From Nitrososphaerota archaeon (lineage in GTDB: Archaea; Thermoproteota; Nitrososphaeria; Nitrososphaerales; Nitrosopumilaceae): 64,000 nt of DNA. The stretch's first letter is position 1. Every line of letters starts with the position of its first letter. Where the stretch lies: NCBI GenBank assembly GCA_028867755.1, contig JAGWFT010000001.1, positions 1-64,000 of the forward strand. The letters are read 5' to 3'. The notes below the pieces were generated by a model. That model was not told where the DNA came from. It saw only the letters and a program-made list of their open reading frames with translations, and did no database searches. This document shows, one piece after another, positions 27,650 through 37,195 of this stretch. A program made the position numbers and the translations under genes.

Positions 27650-28564
27650 ATGAAAGAGCAGGGTAAGATATGGATGAATGGAAAGCTTGTTCCGTTCAAG
27701 AATGCAAAGGTCCACGTACTTACTCATGCATTACATTACTCAACTGCAGTCTTTGAGGGAATAAGATGTTACAAGACAACAAAGGGTCCTGCAATTTTTA
27801 GGCTTCAAGAACATGTTGATAGGCTATTCAAATCTGCAAAGATGTATTCCATGAAAATTCCCTATTCAAAAAAAGAAATTTCTGATGGTATAATCAAGAC
27901 CGTACTTGCAAGTGGACTAAAAGAATGCTACATCAGGCCCATTGCATACTATAGTTATGGTGTTCTTGGTTTGACACCGACTCCAAACAAGATAGATATT
28001 GCAATAGCATGTTGGGAATGGAATACTGGCGAATCAAGTGCTGGCAAGACACGCGGTGCAAGATGCAAGGTTTCAAGCTGGCTTAGAATTGATTCCAGGT
28101 CTCAGCCAATGCAGGCAAAGGCTGCATCAAACTATGCAAATGCTGCACTTGCAAGAGTAGAAGCTCTAAAAGATGGATACGATGAGGCAATAATGCTGAA
28201 CTATCACGGCAAGGTCTCAGAGGGAAGCGCTGAAAATATTTTCACAGTAGACAAGGGCGAGATAGCTACGCCTCCGCTAAATTCTGGAATCTTGGATGGA
28301 ATAACAAGGGACAGTGTAATCAAGATAGCAAGATCTGAGGGAATCAATGTCATTGAAAGAGAGATTGGTAGGGATGAGCTGTATTCAGTAGACGAAGTTT
28401 TCATGACTGGTACTGCTGCCGAGGTCAAGTCTGTTACAGAGATTGACAATGTGCCAGTAGGAGACGGCAGGCCTGGAGAGATTACGCGCAAACTACAGGA
28501 TGCATTCTATGAAGCATCTAGGGGAAGAGACGATCGCTTCATAGACTGGCTTACTGCAATATGA
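27650..28564 (+). CDS. ilvE: Branched-chain amino acid aminotransferase
   Basis: LHYSTAVFEGIRCY, RLQEHVDRL, AKAASNY (PLP Lys), EGSAENIF, LDGITR, FMTGTAAE. Confidence 0.96.
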   Translation: MKEQGKIWMNGKLVPFKNAKVHVLTHALHYSTAVFEGIRCYKTTKGPAIFRLQEHVDRLFKSAKMYSMKIPYSKKEISDGIIKTVLASGLKECYIRPIAYYSYGVLGLTPTPNKIDIAIACWEWNTGESSAGKTRGARCKVSSWLRIDSRSQPMQAKAASNYANAALARVEALKDGYDEAIMLNYHGKVSEGSAENIFTVDKGEIATPPLNSGILDGITRDSVIKIARSEGINVIEREIGRDELYSVDEVFMTGTAAEVKSVTEIDNVPVGDGRPGEITRKLQDAFYEASRGRDDRFIDWLTAI

Positions 28565-28616
28565 CCAAAAGAAACTTTCTGAAAGATTAATACTGCCTGC
28601 ACAAGATCGTGATTTT

Positions 28617-28790
28617 ATGGTACTCTCAATGGTGGACCAGCACAAGCCCAAGTGCTATCTTTGCAGTAGCGTATTTGAAAACATTGAACAATTAAGAAGA
28701 CACCAGGAAGCTGACCACAAGGACTTTGTAGAATTCCACAAGAGAGCAGATGACCATTCCCCTGCACCAGGAGATGTCACAGTATTTTAG
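28617..28790 (+). CDS. C2H2 zinc-finger microprotein (57 aa)
   Basis: MVLSMVDQHKPKCYLCSSVFENIEQLRRHQEADHKDFVEFHKRADDHSPAPGDVTVF; C-x2-C-x12-H-x4-H with F and L at canonical positions. Confidence 0.8.
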   Translation: MVLSMVDQHKPKCYLCSSVFENIEQLRRHQEADHKDFVEFHKRADDHSPAPGDVTVF

Positions 28791-28795
28791 AAGAC

Positions 28796-28951
28796 ATGTG
28801 TACCAGTCCTGATGCGGAACCTATCTGTTGGTTTTGTAAAAAAGGCCGTCATGATGAGTGCATGGGAAAGATTCCAACAGATGCAAGATCAGAGGGACCT
28901 CATGACTGTACCTTTGACACAAAACTAGTTGACTGTCAGTGTTCCCACTGA
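28796..28951 (+). CDS. Cys/His-rich microprotein (51 aa)
   Basis: MCTSPDAEPICWFCKKGRHDECMGKIPTDARSEGPHDCTFDTKLVDCQCSH; 7 Cys, 3 His; 5 nt after the C2H2 ORF. Confidence 0.7.
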   Translation: MCTSPDAEPICWFCKKGRHDECMGKIPTDARSEGPHDCTFDTKLVDCQCSH

Positions 28952-28979
28952 ATATCAAATCTTGAGAATTTACAAAAAA

Positions 28980-31900
28980 TCATCTGAACGGTATTGGGTC
29001 TATGCCCATGTGACTTGTATTTCCAGTAGTGCTCATCATTTCATTATCTATCAGATACTGCACTGCCTGCACAAACTCTTGGTCCGAGATGGCTCCTTCT
29101 GCCCAAAACCTTGCATCATTTTTTACCCATACCGGAATGGTCTCAGATGATGATACAGTACCTTCCTGCTGCGGCACTGTTATAATTCCATCTTGCACCA
29201 AGTACTGCACCCCCACCAAAAAGTTCTTGTCATTTATCTTTCCGTCAGACCACCATTTTGCATTGTTTTTCACCCAGACTGGGACTGGCATCTTGTCTTG
29301 TAACAGATTTGGGCTCAAAGACAGCGTCTGGTCTTTTACAGTACCTGGAGTGTTAGTTGCAACAAGATCTGAGAAAGTAGAGTTTGCCTTTTGTGTGGAT
29401 ACAGAATCTGTCACCCGGAATGCACCAACTATCTGCGTGTCCTGCTTGTAGGCTTCCTTGTCCCATGTTCTTATAATAAGATTTGACGTGTCCATGTGGT
29501 TTGCAAATATAATCTCAAAGTCAACTTGTAGTTTATTGTTCACGGTATTGGTGTTAATGTTGACTGACTTGACAAACCCGTCTGGGTCTGTTACCGTTGT
29601 TGTTCCACCATCATATGCTATTATGGTATTGGCATCTGATATCTGGAGATCGCTTCCATGCAGATTAGAAAACAGTGAGACTCCTTGCACGTCATCAGGC
29701 CCATAGTTCTCGTATATCAGCAGTTTTAGACTAGCTGGCTTTCCCACATGAAACGTTGATGTTGGAATGGTATCAGTGTAATTTTCTAGCTTGAAGCCCT
29801 TGCCGTCAATGGTAATAGGATACTCGTCTGATGCAAACTGTGTACCTGATAGTGTGGGTGCTGTAGGAGCATTGTTTGCCCCAAGGATTGCAAGCGCTGC
29901 AATCACACCGCCGATTGCAAACTTGGACGTGTGATCGTCTTGCGCACTTGCCAGAAATAGACACGACGAGAGCTGCGTTACCTGCGTTGATAGCTGGTCT
30001 CCGCTGTCTGCAAATGTTCCGTCATGCTGCCTGTCGTGAAAGACTGAGACATTTGGTATTCCGTTTGTAAATGTTATCTGCTGTGATACAGGCAGGTTCT
30101 TGTTTGCTGTATTGATATCATCGCATGTAAACTCGAATGAAAAAGTACACTGTGCACCAGTACTGCATGCCCCGTTTTGCAGTGAGATATCAACTGGCGT
30201 TCCAAGAAATTGTAGTGTAGAGCCTGCAGCAGAACCGGAAGGTGCTGTTGTGGGAGCTGTAGTCTTGGTATAAGTTACAGTCTGGGCAGTATTTGACCCG
30301 ATTGTTGTCTGGGCTACGATGCCAGACGGCAGTGTGATAACTGCAGTTCCACCTCCTGCCACTGGCACTGCTACTGTAAATGTGCCAAAGCTTCCAGAGA
30401 GCGGTGGCGATACAGAAGTTGATGCAGAAGACGGGGGCGAGGTGTTGCTAGTAAGGCTGTCAGAGCCTGTCCCATGTACTGTTACTATAGTAGTACCAAT
30501 TACTGCAGGGTTGCTACCATCTACTGTATTTATTGTAACATTGAACAGGCTTGGTGTTATCCATGTTCCAGTATATGTCGCAGACCCAAGTGATGGGGTA
30601 AAGGAAAATATGTTTTGCACCTCTGTCTGGCTCACAGTACCTGTACCTCCTGGCTCATTTGTTGGTGCTGAGAATCTAATCAGTAGTGTGTCACCTGCAT
30701 GAAATGTTGTGGCACCATTGGCAGGATCGTTTGCCACAAATGCTGTGATAAATGGTATTGGTGGAGATGAGAAGCTGCCAGAAAGTACCGGAGATGGATT
30801 TGTGGAAACTTGTGCAGTGGCAGCAGCATTTGCAAGACCCGAGTTTGCAATTGGTGTGAATACCAGATTGTTTGATACTGCAACAGGTCCTCCACTTGAG
30901 CCTGCTGTTATTACAAGTGTTGATGGGTCTGACCATGTTCCGGTAAAGTCTGTGCCAAGGTTTGCAGGACACGTGTTGCCAAGAGTAGACGAGCATGAAA
31001 ACAGCAAGTTGAAATTTGCAGGCGTCACACTGTTCTGCTTTCCGCCAAACTTTTGGTTTGTGGGCTGTGAGAAGTGAATTGTTATACTGTTGCCGCTAAA
31101 AAATGTCGTTCCAGAACTTCCTGCAGCAACTATAGATGATATCCTGGGTGATACTCCTGCAGTTACTTGATCTGATACTGCAAGTGATTCTGACAAACTA
31201 GCAGAGGAGGGATTGGATGACACTGTGATTGATGTGGTGTATTCTACTACACGGTTGTTGTTACCGTCAGCCACCCACAGATTGCCAGAAAAGTCAAATG
31301 ATATATCATTTGGAGTATTTAGGCCTCCCTGAGATGCGACAGCTGTATTGGTGGTAAACTGGTTTGTACCGGCAGTCTGTCCTATCTCTAGTGCTGCATT
31401 ATTTCCATCAGAACATGACGATGTAGTACAGGTGTATTCCAGTACCCTGTTGTTGTTATCGTCAACCACCCACATGTTGCCAGAATGGTCAAATGATATG
31501 GAAACTGGAAGATTAAGACCGCTCTGGGTGGTGACACCTGTACTTGAAGTAAACTGGGTTGCACCGGCAGGCTGGCCTAGCTCTAATGCCGCATTATTTC
31601 CATCAGCACATGACGATGTTGCAGTACAGGTGTACTCTAGTACCCTGTTATTCTTAGAGTCAACCACCCACATGTTGCCAGAAGAGTCAAAGTCCATAGT
31701 CTCTGGATTATTCAGGCCACTCTGGGTGGTAGCAGCTGTATTTGAAGTAAACTGGCTTGTACCAGCAGGCTGGCCTAGCTCTAGTGCCGCATTGTTGCCA
31801 TTAGTACATGATGATGTTGCTGTGCATGTGAACTCTAGTACCCTGTTGCTGAAAGTGTCAGCAACCCAGAGGTTGTCAGAATGGTCAAATGAGAGAGCGA

Positions 31901-34900
31901 TTGGATTGCGAAGACCACTCTGGGTTGTGACAAAATTATTTGTAGTAAACGCAGTACCGCTTGGCTGGCCTAGCTCTAGTGCTGCATTATTTCCATCAGC
32001 ACATGACGATGTTGCAGTACAGGTGTACTCTAGTACCCTGTTATTTTTTTTATCAACCACCCACAGGTTGCCAGAAAAGTCAAACGATATAGCAACTGGA
32101 CCAGAAAGACCACTCTGGGATATGGCAGATGTATTGGTAGTAAACTGGTTTGTACCGGCAGACTGGCCTAGCTCGAGCGCCGCACTTGGATTACTTGATG
32201 CAAGCGAGGCCTTGGTGTACTCTAGTACCCTGTTGTTGCTAAAGTCAGCCACCCACAGGTTGCCTGAAGTGTCAAATGAGAGAGCCTCTGGATCATTTAG
32301 GCCATTCTGAGATATTGCAGAACCGCCAGATGTAAAACCACTCTGACCTATTACAAGTGAAGCTGACTGTCCTGTTGTAAACGGAACTGTAGTTATTGCA
32401 ATGACTCCTGAATTGTCAGTTGCCTTTGCATTTATGGTGTGAACTCCGTTTGATAGACTCGATGTAGTAAATGTCCACGATGTTGTGCCAGTAGCAAGTG
32501 AGTATGTGCCACCATCAACTGAGACTTCTACTTTTTGTACGCCAGACGCCGTGTCAGATGCAGTTCCTGACACTGTTACGGTTGCTGTTGTGAAGAGCTG
32601 CGTGTTTGTAGGCGATGTGATTGCAATCAGAGGTGGTGGTGGGTCTCCCTCAGCTATATTGGTTCCTGTAAGTGATGATACCGGAACTGTGCCGCAGACC
32701 TTGGTACCTGTTGTGGATACAATACTAGTAGCACTAACCCATGCACTTCCGTTCCAGTATTGTAGTATGGTGGATGCATCGGCATTGGAATCGTTGATGC
32801 ATATCTGCGCATTTCCATCTGTAACTCCACATGATACCTGCACATCGCTGAAGACCTGGCTTACAAGAGTTGATGCCCCAACTGTGCTGTCTTGCAAGCC
32901 AAGCTGCTCTGTATTGATACATAATGGTGTGTTGTTTGATGCAGCTGAGCCGCTTATCGTTACCTTTACACCTGTTGTTGAAGTCTGGTCTGATGTTACA
33001 CCTCCTGATGTGATGCTTGTAGTTACACCTGTATTTGCAAGAACATTTTTGTTATACTCTAGTACCCTGTTGCTGAAAGTGTCAGCAACCCAGAGGTTGC
33101 CAGAAGAGTCAAATGAGAGAGCCTGTGGACTATTGAGACCGCCCTGAGATGCAACAGCTGTATTTGTAGTAAACTGGCTTGTACCAGCAGGCTGGCCTAG
33201 CTCTAGTGCCGCATTGTTGCCATTAGTACATGATGATGTTGCTGTGCATGTGTATTCTAGTACCCTGTTGTTGTTAGAGTCAGCTACCCACATGTTGCCA
33301 GAAGAGTCAAATGAGAGAGCAGTTGGGGAGTCAAATCCGTTTGCAGATACAGAACCTCCTTGATCTGGATTTCCCTGATTAAAACCAGATTGCCCTAATA
33401 CCACAGTAGCTGCTTCGCCTGTAGTAAATCCACCCCCCTTTGGAAATTCCACTACACGGTTGTTTTGATCTTCTACAACCCATAAGTTACCGGCTGAATC
33501 AAATGCAAGACCAGGAGGTTCCCTTAATCCAGTTGCAGCTGAAGAACCTCCTTGATCTATACATTCGCCAAGACCGTTACCGACGAGGTTGTTTCCTAGC
33601 GATATAGTTGCAGCCTCACCATCAGAAGATGATGTAAATCCAGAACCCTTTGGAAATTCCAATACACGGTAGTTACACTTATCTGCCACCCAGAGATTAC
33701 CCGATGAATCAAATGCAAGACCAGTTGGAGTAGAAAGTGAACTTGCAGTATCACCGTTCAAACCTCCACCTTCATTTTCAGTCCCATGCATAAAGTCAGC
33801 CTGCCCTAATACTACGCTAGCAGCTTCCCCACTTGTAAACCCAGTACCCTTTGGAAATTCTAGTACGCGGTTATTCCCACCATCTGAGATCCATAGATTT
33901 CCTGAAGAGTCAAATGAGAGAGCAGTTGGATTACTAAGACCGCTCTGGGTGGTGGTACCAGTACTGGTAGTAAAGCTTGACTGGCCTATAACTAGAGTCG
34001 CATTTGGATTGTTGGATGCAAGCGAGGCCTTGGTGTACTCTAATATCCTGTTGTTGTTAGCGTCAGTCACCCACAGGTTACCAGAAGAATCAAATGCCTG
34101 AATACTTGGACCATGGAGACCGCTCTGGGTGGTGGCATGTCCACTGGTAGTAAAGATTGGCTGTCCTATAACTAGAGCTGCATTTGGACCATTGGATGCA
34201 AGCGAGGCCTTGGTGTATTCTAGTATCCTGTTGCTGTTTTTGTCAGCCACCCACATGTTGCCAGAAGAGTCAAATGAAAGACCATGTGGAAAATTAAGAC
34301 CGCTCTGGGTGGTGACACCTGTATTAGAAGTAAACTGGCTTGCACCGGCAGGCTGGCCTAGCTCTAGTGCCGCATTGTTGCCATTGGCACATGATGATGT
34401 TGCTGTACATGTATACTCTAGTACTCTGTTGTTACTACCGTCAGTCACCCACAGGTTGCCAGAAGAATCAAATGTCAATGACTGTGGACTATTAAGACTA
34501 CTCTGGGTGATGGGAGATGAAGCAGTGGAAGTAAACTGGCTTGTACCAGATGTCTGGCCTAATTCAAGTGTCGCACTGCCGCCATTAGTACATGATGATG
34601 TTGCTGTACATGTATACTCTAGTACTCTGTTATTGTTTTGATCAACCACCCACAGGTTACCTGAAGAGTCAAATGAAAGACCATGTGGAAAATTAAGCGA
34701 ACTTGCTGATATTCCACCATCGTTGGTATTGCCTGTAGTAAACCCATGTGCATTTGTCTGGCCTAGCTCCAGTGCCGCATTTGGATTGTTGGATGCAAGC
34801 GAGGCCTTGGTGTACTCTAATATCCTGTTGTTACTACCGTCAGTCACCCACAGGTTGCCAGAAGAATCAAATGCAGAACCGGTTGGACCATTGAGACCAC

Positions 34901-35072
34901 TCTGGGTGGCGATAGCTGCGCCGGTACCAAAGAGTGGTTGCCCTATCTCACTGTGTGCATTTTGACCGATAACAAATGCATGCGAGTCTTGAAAATGTAA
35001 AAATACCAAGACAGGAACCAAGACTGCAAGTAAGAACAGCTTGCTAAAATTTTTAATCAATTTGGCAGCCAT
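28980..35072 (-). CDS. Giant NHL-repeat surface protein (2030 aa)
   Basis: Signal peptide; 10 + 6 repeats of FDxSGNLWVxDxxNNRVLEY; Big-like ITSP..VTVSGTASD domain; two similar beta domains; two C-terminal PVWVKNxAxxW repeats. Confidence 0.93.
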   Translation of the reverse strand: MAAKLIKNFSKLFLLAVLVPVLVFLHFQDSHAFVIGQNAHSEIGQPLFGTGAAIATQSGLNGPTGSAFDSSGNLWVTDGSNNRILEYTKASLASNNPNAALELGQTNAHGFTTGNTNDGGISASSLNFPHGLSFDSSGNLWVVDQNNNRVLEYTCTATSSCTNGGSATLELGQTSGTSQFTSTASSPITQSSLNSPQSLTFDSSGNLWVTDGSNNRVLEYTCTATSSCANGNNAALELGQPAGASQFTSNTGVTTQSGLNFPHGLSFDSSGNMWVADKNSNRILEYTKASLASNGPNAALVIGQPIFTTSGHATTQSGLHGPSIQAFDSSGNLWVTDANNNRILEYTKASLASNNPNATLVIGQSSFTTSTGTTTQSGLSNPTALSFDSSGNLWISDGGNNRVLEFPKGTGFTSGEAASVVLGQADFMHGTENEGGGLNGDTASSLSTPTGLAFDSSGNLWVADKCNYRVLEFPKGSGFTSSSDGEAATISLGNNLVGNGLGECIDQGGSSAATGLREPPGLAFDSAGNLWVVEDQNNRVVEFPKGGGFTTGEAATVVLGQSGFNQGNPDQGGSVSANGFDSPTALSFDSSGNMWVADSNNNRVLEYTCTATSSCTNGNNAALELGQPAGTSQFTTNTAVASQGGLNSPQALSFDSSGNLWVADTFSNRVLEYNKNVLANTGVTTSITSGGVTSDQTSTTGVKVTISGSAASNNTPLCINTEQLGLQDSTVGASTLVSQVFSDVQVSCGVTDGNAQICINDSNADASTILQYWNGSAWVSATSIVSTTGTKVCGTVPVSSLTGTNIAEGDPPPPLIAITSPTNTQLFTTATVTVSGTASDTASGVQKVEVSVDGGTYSLATGTTSWTFTTSSLSNGVHTINAKATDNSGVIAITTVPFTTGQSASLVIGQSGFTSGGSAISQNGLNDPEALSFDTSGNLWVADFSNNRVLEYTKASLASSNPSAALELGQSAGTNQFTTNTSAISQSGLSGPVAISFDFSGNLWVVDKKNNRVLEYTCTATSSCADGNNAALELGQPSGTAFTTNNFVTTQSGLRNPIALSFDHSDNLWVADTFSNRVLEFTCTATSSCTNGNNAALELGQPAGTSQFTSNTAATTQSGLNNPETMDFDSSGNMWVVDSKNNRVLEYTCTATSSCADGNNAALELGQPAGATQFTSSTGVTTQSGLNLPVSISFDHSGNMWVVDDNNNRVLEYTCTTSSCSDGNNAALEIGQTAGTNQFTTNTAVASQGGLNTPNDISFDFSGNLWVADGNNNRVVEYTTSITVSSNPSSASLSESLAVSDQVTAGVSPRISSIVAAGSSGTTFFSGNSITIHFSQPTNQKFGGKQNSVTPANFNLLFSCSSTLGNTCPANLGTDFTGTWSDPSTLVITAGSSGGPVAVSNNLVFTPIANSGLANAAATAQVSTNPSPVLSGSFSSPPIPFITAFVANDPANGATTFHAGDTLLIRFSAPTNEPGGTGTVSQTEVQNIFSFTPSLGSATYTGTWITPSLFNVTINTVDGSNPAVIGTTIVTVHGTGSDSLTSNTSPPSSASTSVSPPLSGSFGTFTVAVPVAGGGTAVITLPSGIVAQTTIGSNTAQTVTYTKTTAPTTAPSGSAAGSTLQFLGTPVDISLQNGACSTGAQCTFSFEFTCDDINTANKNLPVSQQITFTNGIPNVSVFHDRQHDGTFADSGDQLSTQVTQLSSCLFLASAQDDHTSKFAIGGVIAALAILGANNAPTAPTLSGTQFASDEYPITIDGKGFKLENYTDTIPTSTFHVGKPASLKLLIYENYGPDDVQGVSLFSNLHGSDLQISDANTIIAYDGGTTTVTDPDGFVKSVNINTNTVNNKLQVDFEIIFANHMDTSNLIIRTWDKEAYKQDTQIVGAFRVTDSVSTQKANSTFSDLVATNTPGTVKDQTLSLSPNLLQDKMPVPVWVKNNAKWWSDGKINDKNFLVGVQYLVQDGIITVPQQEGTVSSSETIPVWVKNDARFWAEGAISDQEFVQAVQYLIDNEMMSTTGNTSHMGIDPIPFR
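31591..34832 (-). repeat. Dispersed identical intragenic blocks in the NHL gene
   Basis: 85 bp identical at 31746-31830 and 33168-33252; 62 bp at 31591-31652 and 31984-32045; 57 bp at 33999-34055 and 34776-34832. Confidence 0.88.
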
Positions 35073-35422
35073 CCATTATAGCAAAAATTGATGCAAAAAT
35101 AATTCCAAAAACTTTCAGTAACTACAGGCCTGACTGATTCCACCCACAACCATCCTTGAAAACAGGATTGATTATTACTATATAATTCCACCGAGATGCC
35201 ATAAAGTTACATGTAATTTTTTTATTTTTTTGATATAATTATCTAATTATCTCATGTGAATCAAAGAGTTTTGTAATTTTTATATTGTTTTATCGCATAT
35301 CATTTTGAGTCACTTTGTGATTTAGTTTGATTTAGCTTCAATCATTACAACTAAGCTAATTGTGATACAATAAGCTAGTTTGTTGAAGATTGGTAATATG
35401 CAGTCCTGACATCTAATACTGT

Positions 35423-35695
35423 ATGCTTCAAAGCTTAGACCAGCCAAAACAAAAGATGCTTGAAAGAGCCTACGTTATGATAACATGCGAGAGCGGCTGC
35501 GAGCAGCGTGTTGCAGAGCAACTAAAATCACTTGACGGAATAAAAGAGATTGCAAGCACAATAGGAGCGTATGATATCGTAGCAAAAATCGAGGTACCGA
35601 CAACTGAAGCTCTAAGAGAGCTGATAGCGCGAGGAATTCGAAAGATCTCAAGGGTTCATGCTACTACCACAATAGTGTGTGAACCATATTTTTAA
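35423..35695 (+). CDS. Stand-alone Lrp/AsnC ligand-binding (RAM) domain
   Basis: AYVMITCE...TIGAYDIVAKIE...IRKI..V..TTT; no HTH. Confidence 0.85.
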   Translation: MLQSLDQPKQKMLERAYVMITCESGCEQRVAEQLKSLDGIKEIASTIGAYDIVAKIEVPTTEALRELIARGIRKISRVHATTTIVCEPYF

Positions 35696-35978
35696 TTTTT
35701 TAAAATAATACAATTCTAAAATATTTCAAGAAATAAAAATTTACATTCTGATCTTTTTGAAGACCTGTCTTGTGATACACTAGATAATTTTATGTCAAGA
35801 TGAATTATTGGACAAGTTCCAAAATGGAAGGATAATTTGAGCAATAGTTCCAGCCATTTTATTATAAAGAATTACGAGTATATACCATGAGCAAATTCTT
35901 TGGATAGAAAAAACCTCCACTCACTGCAATGGAACCCTACAGCTTTTAGTAGGTGACAGTTGCTTTGGAGTGGCAAGA

Positions 35979-36491
35979 TCAGTGGTGAAGTACCATGTAC
36001 GATTCCACAAAGGCAGCAACAAGTAAAAGTGCTACAACTATTCCTATCTCTATAGAAGAATTCTTTATTTCATGTCTTACGTTTCTTCGCCTAACTAATG
36101 TTGATATCAAAATAAGACTTCGTGACATACCTATTGAATAAGCAACAAGCTCCATCATCCCGAAAGGAGATACAAGAAAGACTGTGAGTGCAGATATGTG
36201 TAGACCGCTTTGAGAGATCAAGGCATTAAACGCAATCCCGGTGGATAATGCGATGTAAATCCCCCATGCCACTCCAAAGCCCGGTACAAACATTGGCAAG
36301 GCGTCTGCCAGGTTGTGAACAAATATGCCAAAGGTGTCAATTCCCTCTGTTGCACTCTGAAACTCATCAAGAAAATTTTTAGCGTCCTCATCTGACATTT
36401 TGTAAACACTGCCAATCAAATATGATGCCAAAAAGACACCAACAAAGATTGCAAAAAATATGGCTCGTATTTTTTTAGACACATCTGCCAA
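35979..36491 (-). CDS. SpoIIM-family membrane protein
   Basis: IFVHNL..ALPMFVPGFG, PFGMMELVAY, LLVAAFVES. Confidence 0.8.
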   Translation of the reverse strand: MADVSKKIRAIFFAIFVGVFLASYLIGSVYKMSDEDAKNFLDEFQSATEGIDTFGIFVHNLADALPMFVPGFGVAWGIYIALSTGIAFNALISQSGLHISALTVFLVSPFGMMELVAYSIGMSRSLILISTLVRRRNVRHEIKNSSIEIGIVVALLLVAAFVESYMVLHH

Positions 36492-36625
36492 TTGGAAATA
36501 TTGTATTTTAGGGTACTGCAGATGCAGTATTTTTGGATTTGAGCAAATAATCGATGATAATTACAATCTTGTTAAATTCCATTTGCCAATTTTTAAGTAT
36601 TACATGATTTCATACCACTCGTAAT

Positions 36626-37177
36626 ATGGCAGATTATGACTTGCTTACAGTTGTAGGCCAAATTGGTTCTATTGGTACTGCAATTGGAACAATAGCACTG
36701 GTCTTTTTGTTCTGGAAAACAATTCAACAACTCGAAGAAACAGTAAAGCTAAGCAAGATACAGGCAAATTACAGGTTCAGGCCATGGGTTGGTCCATTTA
36801 ACCGCATAGAATTTCTCTCAAGTACTGCAGATGGGCATGATCAATTTTCTATAACGGTAAAAAATTATGGCGAGATTCCATCCTCATCTGTTATAGCAAA
36901 ATACGTCATGAAAAATGAATTGCCCAAAAGAGAAGTATCCAAGTCAAATGATGTCACAAGCTTTAACTTGGGACCTTTGTTGCCAAACATGGAAAAGCGC
37001 TACTGGTTTTTCATTGACTCTGATCTAATCAAAAAGGCAAAGGCAGGAAGCGCTCAGATCTTTACCTTGCTTTATTTCCAGTATGAACATCTGGGAGGAA
37101 ACAGCGGTTATGGCTTGATTAGCAGATATGACAGCATGACAGATTCGTTTGTGCATGTTGACATGTGGATTGACTAA
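36626..37177 (+). CDS. Single-TM hypothetical protein
   Basis: N-terminal TM, short coiled segment, RPWV...ITVKNYGE beta domain. Confidence 0.75.
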   Translation: MADYDLLTVVGQIGSIGTAIGTIALVFLFWKTIQQLEETVKLSKIQANYRFRPWVGPFNRIEFLSSTADGHDQFSITVKNYGEIPSSSVIAKYVMKNELPKREVSKSNDVTSFNLGPLLPNMEKRYWFFIDSDLIKKAKAGSAQIFTLLYFQYEHLGGNSGYGLISRYDSMTDSFVHVDMWID

Positions 37178-37195
37178 AATTAGCAAGATACAAAA

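Noticed and set aside
31300-34900. Regularly spaced near-identical repeats resembling a CRISPR array or DGR template/variable repeats
   Set aside because: All are in-frame coding repeats of one protein; there are no unique spacers, cas genes or reverse transcriptase, and no adenine-specific mismatch pattern was evident.
31348-34965. Long plus-strand ORFs (320, 220, 170 and 80 aa) opposite the NHL gene
   Set aside because: Antisense shadows of a repetitive, codon-biased gene; they mirror its repeats and have no independent motifs.
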